Source: Dehalococcoidia bacterium (lineage in GTDB: Bacteria > Chloroflexota > Dehalococcoidia > Lucifugimonadales > CATOSD01). Taken from it: a stretch of DNA of 64,000 nucleotides. Below, one piece after another: positions 57,937-64,000 of the stretch (position 1 is its first letter; each line of letters opens with the position of its first letter). The stretch is taken from assembly GCA_034422735.1 (NCBI GenBank), contig DAOUJL010000039.1, forward strand, positions 31,021 to 95,020, in the 5' to 3' direction. The position numbers and the translations under genes are program-made. The notes beneath the pieces are model-generated. The model had not been told where the DNA came from, ran no database searches, and saw nothing but the letters and a program-made list of their open reading frames with translations.

Positions 57937-57977
57937 GTCCCCTCTCCCCAACGTGGGAGAGGGTTAGGGTGAGGGGG
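57937..57977 (+). repeat. Hairpin repeat variant between the CoA-transferase and RidA genes
   Basis: GTCCCCTCTCCCCAACGTGGGAGAGGGTTAGGGTGAGGGGG. Confidence 0.8.
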
Positions 57978-57982
57978 TTAAA

Positions 57983-58495
57983 GTGGCTCTTACACTACAA
58001 GATCTGGACGCAATGACCATCGAGCAGGCGCAGGCGCTGCCGTTCGAGGAGCGCGACGCGTTGCTAGACCTGGCGATCGCCGACGGCCGCAGCGAGGCCA
58101 CGGACGCGGTGTCCTACCGCACCGGCCTCTACTGCGACTACTTCGAGGAGGACCTGACCCGGATGCTCAAGCTCCGCGCGGTCCGCGTCCTGTGCCGCGG
58201 CACCACGTCGTCCGGGTTCGACGGCGTGGTGGTGGGCGACACCGACGAGGAGCAGTACCGCGCCGCGTTCCGTCACATCCAGACTTCCCTCCACGCCGCC
58301 GGCGCCGACTTCCACCGCGTCGTCACGCTCGTCGTCTTCCTGACGGACATGGACAACTGGCCGCTGTTCAACCACGTCTACCGCGAGTTCATCCCCAACC
58401 CGCCCTGCCGCGCCGTCATCGGAACCACCGGCCTCGCCCAGAAGTCCATCACCATCGAGCTGGTCGAGTGCGTGGCCTACAAGGTGGCGCCGTAG
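57983..58495 (+). CDS. RidA/YjgF/TdcF-like family protein with an N-terminal extension
   Basis: The C-terminal VVTLVVFLTDMDNWPLFNHVYREFIPNPPCRAVIGTTGLAQKSITIELVECVA is typical of the RidA fold. Confidence 0.7.
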   Translation: MALTLQDLDAMTIEQAQALPFEERDALLDLAIADGRSEATDAVSYRTGLYCDYFEEDLTRMLKLRAVRVLCRGTTSSGFDGVVVGDTDEEQYRAAFRHIQTSLHAAGADFHRVVTLVVFLTDMDNWPLFNHVYREFIPNPPCRAVIGTTGLAQKSITIELVECVAYKVAP

Positions 58496-58496
58496 C

Positions 58497-59273
58497 TCAC
58501 TGCAGGAACCAGCGGGCCAGGTACTCTTCCAGTTCGGCAGGATTGTCGTACACGTAGGCCACCTGGCCCACCATGTTCTCGGCGCGCTGCCGTCTCGGCT
58601 GAAGGCGTTTGACCCAGAATCCGATGTCGTGGGCCGAGCGCCCGCCGGTGGGCAGCACCTCGTCCAGCCTGAGCACGTCGGTGTTGCGAAGCCGGAGGGC
58701 GCGGGCGTACACGCGGCGGTAGATGCGTGGGTCGTAGCCATCGCTGTCGATGGCTACACCCAGCTCCCCGGCGGCCCGCAGCACCTCGTCCCACAGCCCG
58801 CTCACAACCCGGGGCGCGGCGTCGGCGGTCTCGCGCTCGTGCTCCGGCGACGCGGACGTGCGAGCGCGGGCGCGCTCGATCTCGCGCCGCACCTTCACCG
58901 AAGGCACGACCACCACGAAGCGTATGATCGGCAGACTCAGCTCGTCCTTGGGTCCGCTTCCGAGGGACATTGTCAGTTCCCCGAACCGGCCCCCGACCAG
59001 TGGCGCCTCGACGGCCAGCAGGCAATCATCTCCGTTGTGCCTCGCGAGCCACTCGATGATAGCCGTCCTCGCCCACACCCCGGCGGCGCGCCGGATGACC
59101 GCGTGCGTGACGCCGTCGACCTCCGGGAACCGGGCCAGTACCGTGGGCGTCTCGAATGCCAGCCGCACGACGTCCCATTGCAGCAGGTGGACCGGGCGGC
59201 CCGCCGCGTGCGCGAGCCGCGCGACCTGCCCCAGCATCAGGCTCTTGCCCGATCCGGGGATACCGCACAACAC
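58497..59273 (-). CDS. P-loop NTPase/kinase-like protein (true 5' end unresolved, may extend to about 59372)
   Basis: Walker A is LCGIPGSGKS. The first canonical in-frame start (GTG 59273) lies just 3 codons before the P-loop. The conserved-looking sequence ..GIVLRPGSALHQEVERLALNARIA.. continues upstream with no ATG, GTG or TTG. Confidence 0.6.
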   Translation of the reverse strand: MLCGIPGSGKSLMLGQVARLAHAAGRPVHLLQWDVVRLAFETPTVLARFPEVDGVTHAVIRRAAGVWARTAIIEWLARHNGDDCLLAVEAPLVGGRFGELTMSLGSGPKDELSLPIIRFVVVVPSVKVRREIERARARTSASPEHERETADAAPRVVSGLWDEVLRAAGELGVAIDSDGYDPRIYRRVYARALRLRNTDVLRLDEVLPTGGRSAHDIGFWVKRLQPRRQRAENMVGQVAYVYDNPAELEEYLARWFLQ

Positions 59274-59358
59274 CGCGATCCTCGCGTTGAGCGCGAGGCG
59301 CTCGACCTCTTGGTGCAGAGCCGAGCCGGGTCGCAGGACTATGCCGTCCGCGCCGCCG

Positions 59359-60591
59359 CTACTGGCGATGACGGGCCTCCCGGTTCGACTTGGCGTCGCG
59401 CTCGGCGGTGTAGGCGTCGAGCGCCTGGGCGAGCCGGCGCACGCCCTCTCGCAGGCCGTCGGCGTCGTAGAGCGCGTAGCTGATGCGCAAGCAGGTCGAA
59501 GGCTCGTCGTCCACCGAGAACAGGCTGCCCGGCAGATATGAGACGCCCGCCTGATGCGCGTGGGGCAGGAGCGCCTCGGTGTCCACGCCCTCACCCAGGT
59601 CCAGCCAGAAGAAGTAGCCGCCCGTCGGAGTTGCGTAGTCGCAGCGCCCGGCGAGCAGTTCGCGCAGGGCGGCATCGACCGCACGGATGCGCTCGGCGTA
59701 GGTGTCCCGCAGCCGCGCGATGTTCTCGCCCAGCAGGCCGAGATCGATGGTGGCGTGGGCGATGTTCGACGCGAAGTGGCTTATCCCGCCGCCGCTGATA
59801 GCGAACCCGGACCCGGTGAAGCGCGACGCCAGCGCCGGATTCGCCTGCACCCAGCCGGCGCGCAACCCCGGCGACAGTATCTTGGAGAACGACCCGAACG
59901 ACACCACGCGGCCTCCCGGTGTGTCGTCGAAGGCGGCGATAGGCGGAGGAGGGGGAGATGAGGCGTGCAGCAACTGGTACACCTCGTCGGCGAACACCAG
60001 GAAGCCGTGCTCTTCGGCCAGTTCCACCAGCCTGCGCCGCCTGTCCTCGGGCAGCACGCGGCCCGTGGGATTCTGATACGTGGGGATGACGTACAGAGCC
60101 GCCGGCTTGAGACTTCCCGTGTTGGTTAGCTGTTCCTCAAGCGCGTCCATCCGCATCCCGTCGCTATCGGTGGCGACGCCAACGACGTTCAGCCGGTGGT
60201 CGCGGAATATGCCGTGCGCCAGGTGGTAGGTCGGCTCCTCGACGTAGACGGTGTCCTCCGCCTGGGTGAACAGCGTGCAGGCCATGTCCAGCCCCTGGGA
60301 GGCGCCGCTCGTCAGGAACAGGCTCTCCGGCAGCACGCTCATCCCGTAGGCCGGCTGGTTGGACAGGAAGGCGGCAAGGGACTCGAGCAGCGGCCCGTAG
60401 CCCTGCACGGCGCCGTACTGGAGCGCGGCGGGAGACTCGCCGCCCAGCACGAAGCCGGCTGCGCGGCGCACGTCCGCGAGGGGGTGCAGCGCCTCCGACG
60501 GGTGGCCCCAACCGAGGTCGATCACGCCGTCCGCTATGGAGACGAGCAGCGCGGGCAGGCTGCCTTCGCCTGGAGTCTGGGCTGAGCTCAC
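59359..60591 (-). CDS. PLP-dependent aminotransferase, class I/II fold (2-aminoadipate/aromatic type)
   Basis: 410 aa. YVIPTYQNPTG and SFSKILSPGLRAGW (PLP lysine). Confidence 0.85.
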   Translation of the reverse strand: MSSAQTPGEGSLPALLVSIADGVIDLGWGHPSEALHPLADVRRAAGFVLGGESPAALQYGAVQGYGPLLESLAAFLSNQPAYGMSVLPESLFLTSGASQGLDMACTLFTQAEDTVYVEEPTYHLAHGIFRDHRLNVVGVATDSDGMRMDALEEQLTNTGSLKPAALYVIPTYQNPTGRVLPEDRRRRLVELAEEHGFLVFADEVYQLLHASSPPPPPIAAFDDTPGGRVVSFGSFSKILSPGLRAGWVQANPALASRFTGSGFAISGGGISHFASNIAHATIDLGLLGENIARLRDTYAERIRAVDAALRELLAGRCDYATPTGGYFFWLDLGEGVDTEALLPHAHQAGVSYLPGSLFSVDDEPSTCLRISYALYDADGLREGVRRLAQALDAYTAERDAKSNREARHRQ

Positions 60592-60598
60592 GCGGTCC

Positions 60599-61933
60599 TC
60601 ACTCTATGCTCTCGTCGTAGTCCATGCCGATGTGACCTTCCGCCTCGAGGCGGGCGTACTCGTCGTCCGAGTAGCCGAGCAGGTCCTTGTAGACGTACTC
60701 GTTGTCCTCGCCCAGCCGGACCGGCCCGCGCCGGAACCGGGGGTACGATCCCGACCGTCGGTAGGGCGCGCCGGGGTAGAGATGCGTGCCGGTATCCTCC
60801 TGGTGCGCCTCCTGGAAGAAGCCGCGCTCGCTAAGCTGCCGGTCGGCGTAGGCGTCGGCCTGGTCCAGCACCGCGCCCGCGGCGATACCGGCGGCCTGGA
60901 GCGCCTCCATCGCCTCGACATGGCCCCGCGCCGACGTCCACCCGGCGATGCGGGCGTCGAGCGCGTCCTGGTTGCGCAGCCGGGACTCGTGATCGGCGAA
61001 CGCCGCGTCGCGTGTCCAGTCCGGCTCGCCCAGCGCGGCGCGGAAGCGGCGCCAGTCCTGCTCATCGTACAGCGTGACGACCACCCAGCGGTCCTCGCCC
61101 TTGCAGGGGTAGCAGCCCTGGATGGCGGAGGGGTGCCGGTTGCCGCGCGTGCCGCGGTTGCGGCCGTTCATGGAGTAGTCCATGAAGTGCGACCCCAGCA
61201 TGGGAATGAACGCCTCGGCCTGCGGCAGCTCGATGAGCTGGCCCTCGCCGGTGCGCTCGCGGTGGTTCAGGGCAGCCAGCACCGCGAAGGCGCCGTGGGT
61301 GCCGCCCGCCGCGTCGCACACCAGCACCGGGGTCACGGTGGAGGCGTCCATGTCCGCGTAGCCCCTCAGCACGGTGTGGCCGACGACGCTGTCCATGTGC
61401 AGGCCGAAGCCGCGGTAGTCGCGGTAGGGGCCGGAGTTGCCGTAGGCGGGCATTCGCATCATGATGATGCGCGGGTTGATCGCCCGGAAGCGCTCGTAGG
61501 AGATCGACAGGCGCTCCATCGTGCGGGTCGGGTTGTTCTCGACGAACACGTCGCTCACCTCGACCAGCCGGTCCAACACCCGCTGGCCCTCGGGCCGCAG
61601 CAGGTCGACGGTCATGCTGCGCTTATTGCGGGCGTGCGCGTTGAAGAGGGGAGTGCGGTTCCAGGGCCGGTCCCCGGGCACGCGGCCCGGCAGCCCGCCC
61701 AGGTAGAGCGCGGTGTTGTCGAGCTGCTGCTGGGTCGGGCGCGCCCGGGCGCCGCGAGTGGGCGCGGGCGGGAAGGTCTGAGTGGACTCGATGCGGATGA
61801 CCTCGGCGCCCATGTCGGCCAGGAAGGACGTGCAGTAGGGGCCTGCCCACACGATGGTCAGGTCGAGCACGCGAACGCCCTCCAGCGGCAGGGTACCGAT
61901 GCGCGGCTCCGCGCCGCCTCGCTGCTCAGGCAA
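60599..61933 (-). CDS. Family III CoA-transferase (CaiB/BaiF), long form
   Basis: LEGVRVLDLTIVWAGPYCTSFLADMGAEVIRIE..DVFVENN. The start overlaps the upstream paralogue stop by 8 nt. Confidence 0.85.
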   Translation of the reverse strand: MPEQRGGAEPRIGTLPLEGVRVLDLTIVWAGPYCTSFLADMGAEVIRIESTQTFPPAPTRGARARPTQQQLDNTALYLGGLPGRVPGDRPWNRTPLFNAHARNKRSMTVDLLRPEGQRVLDRLVEVSDVFVENNPTRTMERLSISYERFRAINPRIIMMRMPAYGNSGPYRDYRGFGLHMDSVVGHTVLRGYADMDASTVTPVLVCDAAGGTHGAFAVLAALNHRERTGEGQLIELPQAEAFIPMLGSHFMDYSMNGRNRGTRGNRHPSAIQGCYPCKGEDRWVVVTLYDEQDWRRFRAALGEPDWTRDAAFADHESRLRNQDALDARIAGWTSARGHVEAMEALQAAGIAAGAVLDQADAYADRQLSERGFFQEAHQEDTGTHLYPGAPYRRSGSYPRFRRGPVRLGEDNEYVYKDLLGYSDDEYARLEAEGHIGMDYDESIE

Positions 61934-63134
61934 CGCCGTCTGCCCTCAGCGCGTCGACGTCCGCGGCGGTGTAGCCAAGCTCCTCGAGCACATCCGGCGT
62001 GTGCTGGCCCAGCAGCGGAGCGGGCGCGCGTATCGACCAGGGAGTCCGCTCCATGAGGAACGGCCGGCCGGGATAGCGCAGCGGCCCCGCGGAAGGGTGC
62101 TCGGCTTCGGCGAACACGCCGCGCTCGGCGAACACCGGGTCGGCGTGCAGGTCCTCCATGGTGTTGATTGGCGCGCTCAGAACGCGCGCGGCCTGCGCGG
62201 CGGTCCACACCTCCCGCTTGGTGCGGGACAGCACCCAGGGATAGAAGAACTCTTCAAACTCGGCCTTCAGGTCGGGGTCCTGCTGCGCGCCCGGCGCGTG
62301 CCAGCGCTCCTCCGTGAGGAATTCCGGCTCGCCCAGCATCCTGACCGAGCGGGGGAAGTAGATGCCGCCGCCGGTGATCTCCACGTAGCCGTCCTTGCAG
62401 GGAAACACGCCCTGGGGATAGCCGCCGGTATTCTCCACCGGTCGCCTGCCGCTGGTGCCGCCGGTGTACTGGTAGGCGATGAGGGTGCTCATGCGGCGGT
62501 CGATCGAACCGGCCTGCGTCTCGAATATGGAGACGTCGACGTGCTGGGCCTCGCCGGTGCGACGCGCGGCGAACAGGGCGCCCATGGCCGCCACCGCGCC
62601 GACCGCGCCCGCCTGGTAGAGCATCACGTCGTCGGCCATCTTCAGCGGCTCTCGCTCGTCAAGGCCGGTCGAGTACATCTCGCCGCCCATTGCGTAAAAG
62701 ATTGCGTCCGAGCCTCGCCAGTCGCGGTAGGATCCGTCCTGCCCGAAGTTGGATATGGACACCATCACCAGGCGGGGGTTGGACTCCACCAGCGAATCGT
62801 AGCCGAGACCCAGCCGCTCCATCACGCCTGGGCGGAAGCTCTCGACTACGACGTCGGCGGACTCGGACAGCCTGCGGGCGATGCTCGCGCCCTCCGGATT
62901 CTTCAGGTTGAGCGTGACGCTGCGCTTGTTTGTGTTGAGGTGCAGGAACAGGCCGCTCCTCTCGGGGTGCGGCGCGTCATCGGGGAAGGGGCCCAGACGG
63001 CGCGCGGGGTCGCCCGCCTGGGGGCGCTCGACCTTCAGCACGTCAGCGCCGTAGTCGGCCAGCAGCTTGGTGCAGTAGGGGCCGGCGACGTAGTGCGTGA
63101 AGTCGAGGACTCGCACGTTCGAGAGAGCTTCCAA
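61926..63134 (-). CDS. Family III CoA-transferase (CaiB/BaiF)
   Basis: LEALSNVRVLDFTHYVAGPYCTKLLADYGADVLKVE. Start placed at TTG 63134 (GGAGGA 9 nt upstream). The track start at 63197 is a less likely extension. Confidence 0.82.
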   Translation of the reverse strand: MEALSNVRVLDFTHYVAGPYCTKLLADYGADVLKVERPQAGDPARRLGPFPDDAPHPERSGLFLHLNTNKRSVTLNLKNPEGASIARRLSESADVVVESFRPGVMERLGLGYDSLVESNPRLVMVSISNFGQDGSYRDWRGSDAIFYAMGGEMYSTGLDEREPLKMADDVMLYQAGAVGAVAAMGALFAARRTGEAQHVDVSIFETQAGSIDRRMSTLIAYQYTGGTSGRRPVENTGGYPQGVFPCKDGYVEITGGGIYFPRSVRMLGEPEFLTEERWHAPGAQQDPDLKAEFEEFFYPWVLSRTKREVWTAAQAARVLSAPINTMEDLHADPVFAERGVFAEAEHPSAGPLRYPGRPFLMERTPWSIRAPAPLLGQHTPDVLEELGYTAADVDALRADGVA

Positions 63135-63255
63135 GCCGAGAGGTCCTCCGGTGTCGGGGCGAAGTTGCGGGCGTCCCCGGTAGTGCGGGCGCCGCAACGA
63201 GTCTATTTTCGCCGCCGCCCGATGTCAAACGCGGATTGGGGTCGAGCGCGAGCGG

Positions 63256-63289
63256 CACCCCATCCTAACCCGTTCGACAAGCTCAGGGC
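63256..63289 (-). repeat. Partial repeat (tail module only) at the SRAP gene 3' end
   Basis: Reverse complement reads gccctgagcttgtcgaacgggttaggatggggtg. It matches the tail of the long form and has no hairpin. Confidence 0.5.
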
Positions 63290-63948
63290 TGCCGGGCGAT
63301 GAGGTCCGGCCCCTCGTTGGCGACCGAGTTGACCAGGGGGGACACCGCATGGACCTCCAGCGCATCGTCGGCGTAAGGGGCAAGGACGCTACTGAGCACG
63401 GCGGGATCGTCGACGTTCCCGTCCAGCCACAGTTCTTCGGCGTCTCTGGGCAGAATGGCCGGCATACGGTGGTATATCGGCCTGAGCAGGTTGTTGGCCG
63501 AGGTCGTGATGATGGTGCACGACGGTATGCGGTTGCCCTCCGGGTCCTTCCAGACGGACCATAGGCCCGCGAAAGCGAATGGCTGCCCCGACCGCATGGC
63601 GACGCGCATGGGTCTCTTGGTCCCGCCGCTCTTCTGCCACTCGTAGAAGCCGTCTGCGAGCACGAGGCACCGCCGCCGCCTCAGCGCATCGCGGAAGGCG
63701 GGTTTCTCGGCCACGGTTTCCGCCCTTGCGTTGATCATCCGGCGCCCAATCTTGGTGTCCTTGGCCCAGTGGGGAATCAGTCCCCACCGCATGAATCCCG
63801 CGCGGCGTGTTTCGCCGCCCACCACGGTCAGGACCTCCTGGGTGGGAGCGATGTTGTACCTCTTGTCGAAGGCGTCGATGTCGCCGTCGAACTCGTACTG
63901 CCGCGCGAGCTCGCTCAGGTCCGCTATCAGGCTGTATCTTCCGCACAT
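63283..63948 (-). CDS. SOS response-associated peptidase (SRAP/YedK, DUF159)
   Basis: MCGRYSL (Cys2 nucleophile)..YNIAPTQ..MRWGLIPHWAKD..NARAETV..RRCLVLADGFYEW. Start trimmed to ATG 63948. Confidence 0.88.
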   Translation of the reverse strand: MCGRYSLIADLSELARQYEFDGDIDAFDKRYNIAPTQEVLTVVGGETRRAGFMRWGLIPHWAKDTKIGRRMINARAETVAEKPAFRDALRRRRCLVLADGFYEWQKSGGTKRPMRVAMRSGQPFAFAGLWSVWKDPEGNRIPSCTIITTSANNLLRPIYHRMPAILPRDAEELWLDGNVDDPAVLSSVLAPYADDALEVHAVSPLVNSVANEGPDLIARQP

Positions 63949-64000
63949 AACCCCCTTATGATGAACCACCCGAGGTCGTCTGTGCAATGGCCGGTTCGCG

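Overview
High-G+C bacterial chromosome segment. Gene content and order are compatible with a Chloroflexota-like organism, but this is a guess, not proven. Most long ORFs in the track are antisense or off-frame shadows of the real genes. Layout of the window:

- **1-12.3 kb, housekeeping and accessory genes:** a truncated ABC ATPase, an orphan groEL, an NHL-repeat protein, a hicAB toxin-antitoxin pair, HAD hydrolase plus ribokinase, DUF433, pyrD, a CMD-family protein, a CocE/NonD hydrolase and a NYN/OST-HTH protein.
- **12.4-20.6 kb, Alternative Complex III operon:** pentahaem ActA, a split ActB1/ActB2, two adjacent NrfD-like subunits, ActD and monohaem ActE. It has its own promoter and a terminator.
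- **20.6-42.1 kb, all minus strand:** a J-domain protein, then a near-complete ribosomal super-cluster running rpsL-rpsG-fusA / S10 / spc / alpha / truA-rplM-rpsI. It includes rpmJ, which the ORF track misses. tuf and infA are absent.
- **42.3-48.3 kb, mosaic accessory region:** begins with a strikingly low-G+C three-gene cassette of unknown function, divergent from the consensus rpsL promoter. It continues with two paralogous promoter/double-hairpin/terminator units (candidate sRNAs), a lipoprotein, a gutted methyltransferase pseudogene, an MFS transporter and a second hicB/hicA-like pair.
- **48.3-64 kb:** tRNA-Leu, tRNA-Cys, tRNA-His and tRNA-Arg. A VOC protein, an aldo/keto reductase and an FmdB zinc-ribbon protein. 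A selenoprotein gene with an in-frame UGA (UGSC motif) that the ORF track splits in two. An orphan CoA-transferase B subunit. A class-II Fic protein. An M20 peptidase and an MBL-fold hydrolase. Three family-III CoA-transferases, RidA, an aminotransferase, a P-loop protein and an SRAP peptidase.

A family of roughly 40-nt hairpin repeats is scattered through intergenic spacers, including inside the ribosomal operons.
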